DNA of 64,000 bases from Anaerolineae bacterium (GCA_037442085.1 JBBIQY010000003.1:27001-91000); one strand, 5' to 3'. Positions 26,726 through 37,094 are shown, counted from the stretch's first letter. The notes: generated from the sequence alone by a model not told the origin. Numbers and translations are program-made.

Positions 26726-29700
26726 ATGTCGCAGGCCATTCCGCTAATGGAAGCCAAAGACAAGGCCGCTCAGCCGGTGAATTGGGTTGACCGCGCCTTA
26801 CAAATCGTCGTGCTGGCGACATTGCTTCTCACGGTCGCCATGTACGCCGCGCTGCCCTTCCTGGCCGTGGGCTGGAGCCAGCGACCGTTTATCGGCGCCT
26901 TCGTCGAACAGGGGATGATCTTCAACCGCGTCGGCGATCCGACGGACCCCAACTGGGGTGCGCGCGGCGTAGTGCCTTCGGGCAGCCGCTTGCTGGCGGT
27001 GGAGAGCGTCCCGGTGCGCAACTCTGCCGAGCTGGGCGCGCAACTGGGGGGGCACCAGGCCGGCCAGACGGTCCGCCTAGACGTGCAACTCCAGACCGGC
27101 GAGCTGCATTCCTACTCTGTTCGCCTGAGCGTCTTCCCTCTGGTTGATTTTGGCCGGCATTTCGTGGCGCCCTATCTGGTCGGCTTTTTGTACCTGGCGG
27201 TGGGGGTGTGGATTTTCCGGCTGCGCAGCGCCGAGGCGGCGGGGCGGGTCTTCGCCTTCAGCTGCGCGCTGGCGGCCATCGGCGTGGGCGCGCTCTTCGA
27301 TATGTACACTACGCACTGGTTCGCCTGGGCCTGGACGATGGCGCTGCCCAATGTCGCGGCCGCTATCCTCACCCTTGGCTTGCTGTTCCCCGAGCCGGCG
27401 CGTTTCGTCCGCCGCTACCCGCGCTCGCGGTTGAGCGCCTTCCTCCCCAGTCTGGCCGCCGGGGCGCTTGGCGTCTACCTGCTCTACGCGCCGGGCGTTG
27501 ACCCGTACGCGCACATCAGTGTTTGGCAATGGAGCTACTACGCCATCGGCCTCAGCCTGCTGTTCTTTGTGGGGATGGCCTTTTATCGCTGGCAGACAGC
27601 GCCGTCGCCCACCGCGCGTGAGCAGGGCCGTGTCATCTTCATCTTCACCCTCATTGGCTTTGCGCCGCTGGTCGCCTGGGTTCTGCAAACGGCGCTCTCC
27701 GGCAACGTCATCCCGATTGACCCGCTGCTCAACCTGCTGCCGCTGGTGTTCTTCCCGTTGTCGGTGGCCTATGCCATCCTGCGCTATCGCGTCCTCGATC
27801 TGGACGCCACCGTGGGGCAGGCGCTGGTGTACGGGGCGGTCGGCCTGGTGACGATCGTCGCCTATAGCCTGATCATCGCCGGGCTGAGCCTGATCGCCGG
27901 CCAGGCCGTTGCCGCCGATGACCCGCTGGCCATCGGCCTGATCGTCTTTCTGCTGGTCCTGCTGTTCAACCCGCTGCGCGAACGCCTGCAGCGCTTCATC
28001 AATCGCACCTTCCTGCGCGGGTCGCGCTCCTCCGCCGAGGCGCTGGAGACGTTCGGCCATGAGCTGACACGCGCCTCCGGCCTGAGCGACATCGCCGCTG
28101 CTCTGACACAGAACATCCAGGACGTGCTGCGGCCCGCCCACCTGCATCTCTTCGTCTACGATACGCTCAACGACGACTATGGCGCGCTGCCGGATCGGCT
28201 GGGCCAGATTACGACCGAGATCCGCTTCGGGCGCGACGGCCCGCTGGCCACCTACCTGGCCGAAGAGCGCCGCGCCGTCTTCCTCACCGCGGATCGGCCA
28301 CTGCCGCCGCGCCTGCAGCGCGACCGGGCGCGCATGGCGGTGCTGGGCTCCGAGTTGTTCATGCCCATGGCCGGGCAGAACAACCTGGCCGGCTGGCTGG
28401 CCATCGGCGCCAAGCTCTCCGGCGAGCCGTTCAGCAGCAACGACCTGCGCTACCTCGAGTCGCTGGCCGATCAGGCGGCCCTGGCCATCGAGCGCGCCTC
28501 GGTCATCAACGACCTGCAGCGCCGCGTCAAGGAGCTGAATGTCGTCAGTCAGATGTCGCAGGCCGTGTCCTTCACCACCGCCTACGATGACCTGCTGGAG
28601 CTGATCTATGCGCAGACCAGCAAGCTGGTGGATACGCGCTATTACTACCTGCTGCTTAAAGATCGCGCCGGCGTGCTGCGTTACGCCTTCTTTGTCGAGA
28701 ACGACGAGCGCCTGAACGAGCGCGAGAACGAGCCGGCCCCACTGGACACCGGCCTGGAGAGCGAAATCCTGCGCACCGGCCAGCCCATCCGCACCAGCGA
28801 ATACGTCGAGGAGTGTCACCGGCGCGGGGTGCGGCCCGGCGCGCGGCCCTTCCGCGCCTGGATGGGCGTGCCGCTCAACGCCGGCGCGGCCACGCTGGGC
28901 GCAATGGTCGTCGCCGCCACCGACCCAACGGTGACCTACACGGAGGACCAGCTCAAAGTTTTCTGGACCATCGCCGACCAGGCCGCCTCGGCCATCACCA
29001 AGGCGGAATTGTTCCAACAGGCCGAGCAGCGCGCGCGCCAGTTGCAGACGCTCAACGACATCAGCCTGGCCATCGCTTCCACCCTGGAGCTCGACCTGGC
29101 GCTGGAGATGATCGTGCAGAGCGCGACGAAGATCTTGAACTGCGAGGCCGGCAGCCTGTATCTGACCGATCCGGAGACAGGCGAGTACGTCTTCCGCGTC
29201 GCCACCGGGCCGGCGGGCCGCCATCTGGTGGGCACGCGCCTGCCGCCCGGCCAGGGTCTGGTCGGCGAGGCGATCGAGTCCGGCAACGCCGTCATCCGCA
29301 ACGACGCCCGGCATAGCCCGCGCTGGCACAAGGCCACCGATCAGACCACCGGCTTCAACACGCGCTCGATCATCACCGTGCCCTTGCGCGTCAAGGGAAA
29401 ATCCATCGGCGCGATTCAACTTCTCAACAAACGCGACGGCTCACCCTTCGACGACGAGGACCAAAACCTGCTGACGGCCTTCGCCACGCCGGCTGCCGGC
29501 GCCATCGAGAACGCGCGCCTGTTCACGCAGACCGATCAGGCGCTGGCGGCACGCGTCGAGGAGCTCTCGGTGCTGCAACGCATCGGGCGCGAGTTGAACA
29601 CCACGCTCGACGCCTGGCGCATCACCGAGATCGCGCTGGCCTGGGCACGGCGCATTACCGGCGCGCCCGCCGGCTGGGTGGGCCTAGTGCGCGAAACCGG

Positions 29701-30862
29701 CATTCACGTGCTGGCCGTGGACGGCTACGACGAGGCCGGCGCCAAACTTCTCAATCAGTTGCTGCCGCTGGATGCGGACGTGCCCGGCCTGGTGCTGCGG
29801 ACGCAGGCCGTGCACCTGGCGCGCAACGTCGCCGCCGATCCGCACTATCTGCCGCGGCGCGACGCCACCCGCTCACAGTTAACGGTGCCCATCCAGCGCG
29901 AAGCGGAAGTGCTCGGCCTGATCACGCTGGACGCCGACGCGCCCGACGCGCTGACCGACGACCATGCCGCCATCGTGACCCGCCTGGCCGATTTGGCTGC
30001 CATCGCGCTGACCAACTCCCGCCTGTACGCCGAGGTGCAGGCCGCCAACCTCGCCAAGAGCGACCAGATGGCTTTTGTCGCGCACGAGCTGAAGACGCCG
30101 ATGACGCCCATCAAAGGCTGGGCCGACATCCTGCTGACCGGCGGAGCCGGGCCGCTCAACGACCTGCAGAAGCAGTTCCTCGGCATCATCCGCAACAACA
30201 TCGAGCGCATGGCCACCATCGTGCAGGACATTGACTTCGCCGCCAAGCTCGAGGCCGGTAAGATGCGCCTCGACCTGAAACCCGTCTCCTTCAAGGCGGT
30301 GATTGACGACGTGGTCAACACCTCACGCTCGGTGATCGAGAACAAAAAGCAGACGCTGGTGCTGGACGTGCCCGCTGAGCTGCCGCCGGTCTGGGCCGAC
30401 TACGTGCGCACGGTGCAGATCTTGACCAACCTGATATCGAACGCGCACAAGTACACCCCCGAGGGCGGGCGCCTCACCCTGCGCGTGCGCCGGACGACCA
30501 ACCCCTGGCTGGCCGAGAACCCGCCCGGCGAGACCGCGAGTGAGTCCGCGGATGGCACAGCCGACCCCGGCGCATCTGGCAAGCCGGTGGAAGTGCTGCA
30601 CGTCTCGGTCCAGGACACCGGCATCGGCATCGCGCCCGAAGATCAGAAGAAGCTCTTCCAAAAATTCTTCCGCGCCAACGATCACCTGGCCCGCGAGATG
30701 GCCCCCGGCACCGGCCTGGGCCTGACTATCGTCAAAAACCTGGTGGAGATGCAGGGCGGGCGCATCTGGGTGGAGAGCGAATTCCGCAACGGCAGCACCT
30801 TCCACTTCACGTTGCCGCTGGCCCCGGCGCGCGCCAAAACCGCGCCGCTCAAGGCGGTGTGA
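26726..30862 (+). CDS. Large multidomain sensor histidine kinase (extracytoplasmic PDZ-like region, ~8 TM, multiple GAF domains, HisKA, HATPase_c)
   Basis: 1378 aa. The hydrophobic block covers ~aa 150-430. There are three or four GAF-like segments. H-box FVAHELKTPMTPIKGW. N-box/G-boxes LISNAHKYTP, DTGIGI, GTGLGLTIV. Confidence 0.85.
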   Translation: MSQAIPLMEAKDKAAQPVNWVDRALQIVVLATLLLTVAMYAALPFLAVGWSQRPFIGAFVEQGMIFNRVGDPTDPNWGARGVVPSGSRLLAVESVPVRNSAELGAQLGGHQAGQTVRLDVQLQTGELHSYSVRLSVFPLVDFGRHFVAPYLVGFLYLAVGVWIFRLRSAEAAGRVFAFSCALAAIGVGALFDMYTTHWFAWAWTMALPNVAAAILTLGLLFPEPARFVRRYPRSRLSAFLPSLAAGALGVYLLYAPGVDPYAHISVWQWSYYAIGLSLLFFVGMAFYRWQTAPSPTAREQGRVIFIFTLIGFAPLVAWVLQTALSGNVIPIDPLLNLLPLVFFPLSVAYAILRYRVLDLDATVGQALVYGAVGLVTIVAYSLIIAGLSLIAGQAVAADDPLAIGLIVFLLVLLFNPLRERLQRFINRTFLRGSRSSAEALETFGHELTRASGLSDIAAALTQNIQDVLRPAHLHLFVYDTLNDDYGALPDRLGQITTEIRFGRDGPLATYLAEERRAVFLTADRPLPPRLQRDRARMAVLGSELFMPMAGQNNLAGWLAIGAKLSGEPFSSNDLRYLESLADQAALAIERASVINDLQRRVKELNVVSQMSQAVSFTTAYDDLLELIYAQTSKLVDTRYYYLLLKDRAGVLRYAFFVENDERLNERENEPAPLDTGLESEILRTGQPIRTSEYVEECHRRGVRPGARPFRAWMGVPLNAGAATLGAMVVAATDPTVTYTEDQLKVFWTIADQAASAITKAELFQQAEQRARQLQTLNDISLAIASTLELDLALEMIVQSATKILNCEAGSLYLTDPETGEYVFRVATGPAGRHLVGTRLPPGQGLVGEAIESGNAVIRNDARHSPRWHKATDQTTGFNTRSIITVPLRVKGKSIGAIQLLNKRDGSPFDDEDQNLLTAFATPAAGAIENARLFTQTDQALAARVEELSVLQRIGRELNTTLDAWRITEIALAWARRITGAPAGWVGLVRETGIHVLAVDGYDEAGAKLLNQLLPLDADVPGLVLRTQAVHLARNVAADPHYLPRRDATRSQLTVPIQREAEVLGLITLDADAPDALTDDHAAIVTRLADLAAIALTNSRLYAEVQAANLAKSDQMAFVAHELKTPMTPIKGWADILLTGGAGPLNDLQKQFLGIIRNNIERMATIVQDIDFAAKLEAGKMRLDLKPVSFKAVIDDVVNTSRSVIENKKQTLVLDVPAELPPVWADYVRTVQILTNLISNAHKYTPEGGRLTLRVRRTTNPWLAENPPGETASESADGTADPGASGKPVEVLHVSVQDTGIGIAPEDQKKLFQKFFRANDHLAREMAPGTGLGLTIVKNLVEMQGGRIWVESEFRNGSTFHFTLPLAPARAKTAPLKAV

Positions 30863-30911
30863 GATAATCGTTTCGATAAACCCTTCCCTGAACGTTGCAC
30901 GGGATACTGCG

Positions 30912-32183
30912 GTGAACGAAGCTACAGCCCTCACTCTGAACAAACGAGCTTTTTTGAGCCAGGTGTTCGTCGGGCTGACGCCCGACGAGGTGGAGGAGAT
31001 GGCGCGTGTGACGCGTGCGCACACCTATCCGCCCGGCCACTTCCTGTGCGCCGAAGGCGCGCATGAGGAGGTGTTCTACATCATCGCCCACGGCGTCGCC
31101 GAGATCACCAAGAAAGTCACCGAACACGAGGAGCGCAAACTGCGGGAGGTGGGCGAGGGCGATTTCGTCGGCGAGATGGCGCTGATCCAGAACGCGCCGC
31201 GCGCGGCCAGCGTGCGCACGCTGACGGACTGCACAGTGCTGGAGATGGCCAAGGCCGACTTCGAGGCCATGCTCAGCCGCAGCCCGCACATGGCCCTCAA
31301 CATCATCCGCACCACCCTCAATCGGATGCGCCAGAACGACCAGATGGCGATCCAGGACCTGCGCCGCACCAACCGCGTGCTGGCCCTGCTCGACCGCAAC
31401 AAGCTGGAGTTCATCCAGGTGGCCGCGCACGAATTGCGCACCCCGCTGACGGTGATGAAGGGCTACCTCAACGTGATGAAGCTCGACCAGACTATCCGCA
31501 GCAACCCGCAACTGCGGGAGGTGCTGGACGGCCTGAGCAAAGGTACCGACCGCCTGCACGAAATCGTCAACACCATGCTCGACGCCAGCCGGGTGGAGGG
31601 CGAGCTGCGCCTGGCGCTCGTGCCGGTGCCGCTGCGCAGTGTGGTCAACGACATCGCCAACCGTGTGCAGAAGGAGGCCGCCGACCGCCAGCTCAACGTG
31701 AGTGTGGAACATGCCGCCGACACGCCCCTGATCCATGGCGACCCCACCCTCATCCAGAAGGCGCTCTTCCACATCATCATCAACGCCTTCAAGTACACGC
31801 CGGATGGCGGCACCATCACCATCCGCACGCGGCCCGTGACGCTGGCCGACGGCCGGCCCGGCGTAGAGATCGCCGTTACAGACACCGGCATCGGCGTGGC
31901 GGACGAGCACAAGGAACTGATCTTCGAGAAGTTCTATCAGGTCGGCTCGGTGGCTCTGCACTCTTCCGGCAAGACGACGTTCAAAGGCGGCGGGCCGGGC
32001 CTGGGCCTGGCGATTGCCAAAGGCGTGGCGCGCGCGCACGGCGGCCGAATCTGGGTGGAAAGCCCCGGCCATGACGAGACAACCTGCCCCGGCAGCACCT
32101 TTTACCTTCATCTGCCGATCCAGCCGCCCGCCAACCCGCCTCCCGGCAATGGAACCAGCCCGCTGCGTAAATTGCCGCAGTGA
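30912..32183 (+). CDS. Cyclic-nucleotide-binding domain histidine kinase
   Basis: The cNMP-binding motif is GDFVGEMALIQNAPRAASV. H-box VAAHELRTPLTVMKGY. HATPase blocks IINAFKYTP, DTGIGV, GPGLGLAIAK. GTG start. Confidence 0.85.
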   Translation: MNEATALTLNKRAFLSQVFVGLTPDEVEEMARVTRAHTYPPGHFLCAEGAHEEVFYIIAHGVAEITKKVTEHEERKLREVGEGDFVGEMALIQNAPRAASVRTLTDCTVLEMAKADFEAMLSRSPHMALNIIRTTLNRMRQNDQMAIQDLRRTNRVLALLDRNKLEFIQVAAHELRTPLTVMKGYLNVMKLDQTIRSNPQLREVLDGLSKGTDRLHEIVNTMLDASRVEGELRLALVPVPLRSVVNDIANRVQKEAADRQLNVSVEHAADTPLIHGDPTLIQKALFHIIINAFKYTPDGGTITIRTRPVTLADGRPGVEIAVTDTGIGVADEHKELIFEKFYQVGSVALHSSGKTTFKGGGPGLGLAIAKGVARAHGGRIWVESPGHDETTCPGSTFYLHLPIQPPANPPPGNGTSPLRKLPQ

Positions 32184-32240
32184 GCGCGCAGCAGGCGCGC
32201 AGCGAGCGAAACAGGGACGGGTGACGGTGACCGACAAACA

Positions 32241-32271
32241 AACGCGCCCCTCGCAATGCGAGGGGCGCGTT
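32241..32271. terminator. Bidirectional terminator hairpin between convergent kinase and htpG genes
   Basis: Perfect 14-bp stem AACGCGCCCCTCGC/GCGAGGGGCGCGTT with a 3-nt loop. A T-rich tract follows on the minus strand (TTTGTTTGT). Confidence 0.7.
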
Positions 32272-32318
32272 GAGTCTCCCGCTCACGCTTCACGCCCGAC
32301 TCATCATCCTCCGCCCCG

Positions 32319-34184
32319 TTACCTGCGCACCGCCGCCGCCACCAGCGCCTGAATCCGCCCGACCATCTCGGCCGGGTTGGGGTGCAGGCCCTCGATCAGC
32401 AGGCCGTTGGCGTAGAGCTGCTCGATGGCATCTGCCACCAGCGCGTCCGAGTCCCCCGCCGCCAGCCGCGCCGACAGGTCTTTGATCAACGCGTGCTTCG
32501 GGTTCAGTTCCACAATGCGTTTCGGCACGCTGTACGCTTTGTCGAGGAACCGGCGCACACGGTCCATCTCGGCGTCACGCGCATCGGGCGGGGCGACCAG
32601 GCGCAGCGGGCTATCCACCAACCGGTCGGAGGCGCGGACGTCGGTGATGCGTTCGCCGAGCTGGGCCTTGAAGCGCGCCAGCAACGCCTCCAATTCGGAT
32701 TGTGGCAACGCGTCGGCGTCCGGCTTATCTACGGCCCTCTGCGGCGCCTCGACCTCGGCGCTGGCCGCGTTCTTCAATGGAAAGCCCTCGTAGTTTTGCA
32801 GGCCGGCCAGCACAAATGAGTCGAGCGTGTCGGTGAGGAACAGCACCTCGAGCTTTTCGCGGCGGAAGTAATCGAGGTGCGGGCTGCGCGCCGCCGATTG
32901 CAGGTCATCGGCCAGCAGATAGTAGATTTCGCGCTGCTCGGGCTTCATCCGCCCGGTGTACTGCGCCAGCGAGATCAGCTCACCCTCGGCCGTCTGTGAA
33001 GACGCGAAGCGCAACAGCGGCTTGAGCTTGTCGCGCGCCTGGGGGTCGGTAGCCAGGCCTTCCTTGATGAACGCGCCATAGGTCTTCCAGAACGTTGCGT
33101 ACTTCTCCGGATCCTTGGCCGCCAGTTCCTTGAAGGTCTCGATGACTTTATGGGTGACGGCGTTGCGCAGGCGCTCGATCATCTTGTTGCCCTGCACCGT
33201 CTCGCGGCTGACGTTGAGCGGCAGGTCTTCGCTCTCCACCACGCCCTGCATAAAGCGCAGATAGTTGGGCAGCAGGTCTTTGCTGTACTCCTGGATGAGC
33301 ACCTTGCGCGAGTAGAGCTTGAGGCCGGGCTCCTTACGCAGGCTGAACAGGCCCGGCTCGGCCTTGGCCGGCGCAAACAGGAGCGCGTAGATCTGCATGG
33401 GCGAGTCGGTGTTGAGATGAACACGCAACAGCGGCGCCTCGAAGTCCAGCGTCAACTGGCGGTAGAAATCGTTGGCGGCCTCGTCGGTGATCTCGGTGCG
33501 CGGCAACCGCCAGATGGGCGTCTGCCGATTGACGGCTTTCTCCCCGAGGTAAATAGGGAATGAGATGAAGTCCGAGTGTTTGTGGATGACCTGCTCCAGC
33601 CGCCAATCCTCGGCAAACTCTTTGGCATCCTCTTTGAGCTTGATGAAGATATCCACGCCGCGCGTCTCTTTGGTAGCCGGCTCGAGCGTGTAGCGGTCTT
33701 CGCCGGTGCAGACCCATGTCCAGGCGCTGGCCGCCGGGTCCCACGAGCGGGCCGTTACGCGCACCTCTTCCGCCACCATGAACACGGAATAGAAGCCGAC
33801 GCCGAACTGGCCGATGATCTCGGCAGCTTTTTTGCCTTCGCTCAACGACTTCAGAAACTCCTTCGCGCCGGAGTGGGCGATGGTGCCTAGGTTCTCCACC
33901 AATTCTTCGCGCGTCATCCCCACGCCGGTATCGCTGACGGTCAACGTCCGCGCGTCTTTGTCGGCCGTCAGACGGATAGCCAGTTCGGCGTCCGGGTCGA
34001 GCAGGTTGGCGCCGGTCAGCTTCTGATATTGCAGGCGGTGCAACGCATCGGAGGCGTTGGAGATCAACTCGCGCAGGAAGATCTCTCGCTCCGTGTAGAG
34101 CGAGTGGATGAGGATATCGAGCAGTTGCCGAATTTCAGCTTTGAAGGGGACGGCTTCGGAAGCAGATACGGTCTGGTCGGTCAT
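32319..34184 (-). CDS. htpG: Molecular chaperone HtpG (Hsp90)
   Basis: FKAEIRQLLDILIHSLYTEREIFLRELISNASDAL and GQFGVGFYS. Start moved to ATG 34184, which is preceded by GAGGTGAGG. Confidence 0.95.
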   Translation of the reverse strand: MTDQTVSASEAVPFKAEIRQLLDILIHSLYTEREIFLRELISNASDALHRLQYQKLTGANLLDPDAELAIRLTADKDARTLTVSDTGVGMTREELVENLGTIAHSGAKEFLKSLSEGKKAAEIIGQFGVGFYSVFMVAEEVRVTARSWDPAASAWTWVCTGEDRYTLEPATKETRGVDIFIKLKEDAKEFAEDWRLEQVIHKHSDFISFPIYLGEKAVNRQTPIWRLPRTEITDEAANDFYRQLTLDFEAPLLRVHLNTDSPMQIYALLFAPAKAEPGLFSLRKEPGLKLYSRKVLIQEYSKDLLPNYLRFMQGVVESEDLPLNVSRETVQGNKMIERLRNAVTHKVIETFKELAAKDPEKYATFWKTYGAFIKEGLATDPQARDKLKPLLRFASSQTAEGELISLAQYTGRMKPEQREIYYLLADDLQSAARSPHLDYFRREKLEVLFLTDTLDSFVLAGLQNYEGFPLKNAASAEVEAPQRAVDKPDADALPQSELEALLARFKAQLGERITDVRASDRLVDSPLRLVAPPDARDAEMDRVRRFLDKAYSVPKRIVELNPKHALIKDLSARLAAGDSDALVADAIEQLYANGLLIEGLHPNPAEMVGRIQALVAAAVRR

Positions 34185-34262
34185 GGGCCTCACCTCGGGA
34201 CGACATCAGGTGCGCCCAATTTATGCCGGAAATATTAGAGGAATGCAAGCGGCACGATAACA

Positions 34263-34312
34263 GACGACGCACCCCAAACAGACTTTACCGTCGTTCTTTG
34301 GGGTGCGTCGTC
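34263..34312 (-). terminator. Hairpin downstream of the SIMPL gene
   Basis: Perfect 16-bp inverted repeat GACGACGCACCCCAAA/TTTGGGGTGCGTCGTC with an 18-nt loop. Confidence 0.5.
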
Positions 34313-34336
34313 CTGGAGAAATGTATCGGCGAGAGT

Positions 34337-35077
34337 TTACCGGATTTCGTAGACGACGTTCACCTGGATATTGACCTGCAACTGGCCGGTGGCGACGGGC
34401 ACCGACGGGGCTGCTTCGGCGGCGAGGGCGCGATCGAAGGCCAGTGGGACAGGTGGGGCGAAGCTGAACGACTCGCTGATAGAGATCGGGCTGCCCAGGG
34501 TGACGCCGGCCGCCTTTGCCAGTTGCTCGGCGCGGGCGCGGGCGTCGGCCATGGCCTGGGTGCGGGCCTCGGCCTCCAGCGTCGCCGGGTCGGCCACGCC
34601 GAACGAAATCCCGTAGACATGGTTTGCGCCGGCGGCGAGGGCCTCGCTCAGCACCGTGCTCAGCTTACTCAAGTCGCGCACCGTGACGGTCAGGGTGTTG
34701 TCCACGTAATAGGTGGTGGTGTCTTTTTGTTGGCCGGTCACGGGGTCGTAATCGCGCTGCGGGCTGACGGAAAAATTGCTGGTCTGCAAGTCCTTATCTT
34801 CGATGCCCAGCGCTTTGAGGGCGGTCAGGATGGCGTCGGCGCGCTGGTTGTTTTGCGCTATCACCTGCCCCAGGTCGGGGCCGTTGGATTGAACGCCGAT
34901 CTGAATGGTGGCGAGGTCGGGCTGGCCAAAGGCCTGGCCGCTGCCGCTGACGGCAATGGTGTTCCGGGTCTGGCCGGGTTCTCCGCCGGTAGCCACCGGG
35001 GTCGCGCAGGCCGTAAGCAGGCTCAGGCCGAGCACGCCCGCCAGCACGGCGGATTGGAATCGCTTAAGTGTCAACAT
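34337..35077 (-). CDS. SIMPL-domain (DUF541) lipoprotein
   Basis: Start at ATG 35077 with AAGGAGA SD. Lipobox LLTAC. IQIGVQSNG...YYVDNTLTVTVRD...GANHVYGISF resembles 26-kDa periplasmic immunogenic protein/SIMPL. Confidence 0.75.
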   Translation of the reverse strand: MLTLKRFQSAVLAGVLGLSLLTACATPVATGGEPGQTRNTIAVSGSGQAFGQPDLATIQIGVQSNGPDLGQVIAQNNQRADAILTALKALGIEDKDLQTSNFSVSPQRDYDPVTGQQKDTTTYYVDNTLTVTVRDLSKLSTVLSEALAAGANHVYGISFGVADPATLEAEARTQAMADARARAEQLAKAAGVTLGSPISISESFSFAPPVPLAFDRALAAEAAPSVPVATGQLQVNIQVNVVYEIR

Positions 35078-35199
35078 GGTGTGTCTCCTTGGTGATTTCA
35101 ACATCACACAGGAGACGGTCTGAGGCTTGGGGAGGTTCCGGAGGGTGGCGGCAGCTTTTCCTGCCTCGAATTTCGCGAATGAATGAGAGCGGATTTTTC

Positions 35200-36264
35200 T
35201 CAACTTGAGCCGCGTTTTGCGATCTGCTTTTCCTGTTCCAGCAGGCGGCGCTTGCGTTCCAGGCCCCAGCGATAACCGCGCAGCTTGCCATCCTCGCCGA
35301 TGATACGATGGCAGGGCACGACCAGGGCCGTGGGGTTGACGGCGCAGGCACGGGCCACGGCGCGCACGGCCCCGGGATTGCCGAGCGCTGCGGCCACTTC
35401 CGAATACGAGCGCGTCTCACCAAACGGGATGCGGCGCAGCTCTTCCCAGACTCGGCGCTGAAAAGCCGTGGCGCGCACATCGGTAGGCAGGTCGAGGTGA
35501 GGCTGCTCGCCGCGCAGGTACTCCAGGATGGCGCCGAGCCACTGTCGCAATCTTGGTTGATCGCTCTGCAGCGTCGCCGCGGCGAACTCGTTCCGCAGTT
35601 CGGCCTCCAGCGCGCGCGGCGAATCGCCGAGCTTGACGGCGCAGACGCCTTGAGGCGTGGCGGCCACCAGCAGCCAGCCGAGCGGCGACTCGCTGATGAC
35701 GTAGCCGATCTCAGCCGCCGCGCCGCCAGCCTGGTAACAGGCCGGGGTCATCCCTAGCAGCGGCGACTCGTAAAGTTGGCTCAATCCGTTGAAGCCGGCT
35801 TTGAAAGCGGCCGTCGTCACGGTATTGCCGTCACGTAATTCATCCTTGAAGCGTTGGAGGCGCAGTGCCAGGGTGTATTGTTTGGGCGTCACGCCTACCA
35901 GCTGTTTGAATGTGCGCTGGAGGTGAGAGGGGCTGAGGTGAAACTGCCGCGCCAGTTCGGCCAACGTGGGCGGATCCGCGGGATGCGCTTCCAGGGCGCG
36001 GCAGACGCGTCGCATGAGGTCGAGGTTCGCCTCGTGTGGGATGAGCGCATCCGGGCGGCAGCGCTGGCAGGCGCGGTAGCCGGCGATCTCGGCCTGCTCC
36101 GGGGCGGCGAAGAAGACGACGTTCTCCGGCCTGGGGCGGCGCGCGGGGCAAGACGGCTTACAGTAGATGCCGGTGGTGCGGACGCCAAAGACAAACCGAC
36201 CGTCGTACAGCGCATTACGATCCAGGATGATCTGCCAGCGATGGGTATCGGAGAGTGTGGTCAT
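35200..36264 (-). CDS. ada: Bifunctional Ada-type regulator: Ada Zn-binding + AraC HTH + O6-methylguanine-DNA methyltransferase
   Basis: GIYCKPSCPARRP is the Ada Cys4 motif. AraC HTH LAELARQFHLSPSHLQRTFK. The MGMT active site is VPCHRIIG. Confidence 0.9.
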   Translation of the reverse strand: MTTLSDTHRWQIILDRNALYDGRFVFGVRTTGIYCKPSCPARRPRPENVVFFAAPEQAEIAGYRACQRCRPDALIPHEANLDLMRRVCRALEAHPADPPTLAELARQFHLSPSHLQRTFKQLVGVTPKQYTLALRLQRFKDELRDGNTVTTAAFKAGFNGLSQLYESPLLGMTPACYQAGGAAAEIGYVISESPLGWLLVAATPQGVCAVKLGDSPRALEAELRNEFAAATLQSDQPRLRQWLGAILEYLRGEQPHLDLPTDVRATAFQRRVWEELRRIPFGETRSYSEVAAALGNPGAVRAVARACAVNPTALVVPCHRIIGEDGKLRGYRWGLERKRRLLEQEKQIAKRGSS

Positions 36265-36314
36265 GCCGCTACAGTAACACACCGCGCAGCAGCGGGCTAT
36301 CGGTTTCTTGCGCT

Positions 36315-37094
36315 TCAATCGCCGGCTGGAACGGACAAGCCGTTCATCCCAGCCGTTGAGAAAAGGCTGGTTTGTAGCAATTCGTCAATCGTGTGGATGA
36401 CCAGGCAGCCCGGCTCGGGGAAAAGGCCGCGCGGGTCATAGAGCACGGGGTGCAGGCCCGCGCCGCGCGCGCCCTCGATATCGGCGTAGTAGTTATCGCC
36501 CACATAGACAGCCTCGGCGGGCGCGCAGTTCGCCAGCGCCACAGCTTTTTGGAAAATCTCGGGCGCAGGCTTCCACGCGCCGGCCTGGCCGGCGGAGAGC
36601 GTGAAGTCAAACAGGCCGGTGAGGCCCAGTTCGGTCACCAGGCCGTCGAGCGCGTCGGTGCGGTTGCTAACCAGTCCGACCGTGTAGCCGGCGGCGCGCA
36701 CGCGGCTGAGAGTCGGGCGTACGTCGGCGGGCACGTGGTTCACCGGGTGATAGCGGTCGGTGAACATCCGGTTGATTTGCGCGGCCAGCGCGCCGGCGTC
36801 GCCGCCGAGCTCCAGGGCGAGGATCTGCCGCTCCGAGTAACGCTTCCAGAACTCCGGCGTATCTGCGCCAAAGGCTTCGATGTCCTCCTTCAACTCCGGC
36901 GCGATGGACCAGTAGTAGTGCGTCCAGCGCTCGCCGTGCGCCCGGCGCTCCGCGGTGAGCGGATAGCCCAGCTCTTCCAGAAAACTGATAAAGGTGGCGT
37001 AGCCTTCCGGCTCGTTGTGGCGCAGCGTGCCGTCGAGGTCGAACAGGACCGCGCGCAGCGGCGGCGCTGCTGCAATTTCAGGCTTCGTCGTCAT
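36315..37094 (-). CDS. HAD-family hydrolase
   Basis: Motif I FDLDGTL, motif II VSNR, motif IV VGDNYYADIEGA. Confidence 0.8.
   Translation of the reverse strand: MTTKPEIAAAPPLRAVLFDLDGTLRHNEPEGYATFISFLEELGYPLTAERRAHGERWTHYYWSIAPELKEDIEAFGADTPEFWKRYSERQILALELGGDAGALAAQINRMFTDRYHPVNHVPADVRPTLSRVRAAGYTVGLVSNRTDALDGLVTELGLTGLFDFTLSAGQAGAWKPAPEIFQKAVALANCAPAEAVYVGDNYYADIEGARGAGLHPVLYDPRGLFPEPGCLVIHTIDELLQTSLFSTAGMNGLSVPAGD

Noticed and set aside
27077-29419. Very long antisense or alternate-frame ORFs. Examples: 50..928 +, 6797..8242 -, 11159..12898 -, 27077..29419 -, 30849..32237 -, 47275..48480 -, 50403..51719 -, 55107..56411 -, 57767..59206 - and 59101..60450 -.
   Set aside because: These are shadow ORFs expected in ~66 percent GC DNA. 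Their translations are Arg/Gly/Ala/Pro/His-rich with no recognisable motifs. The opposite strand or another frame encodes a protein with clear family signatures.
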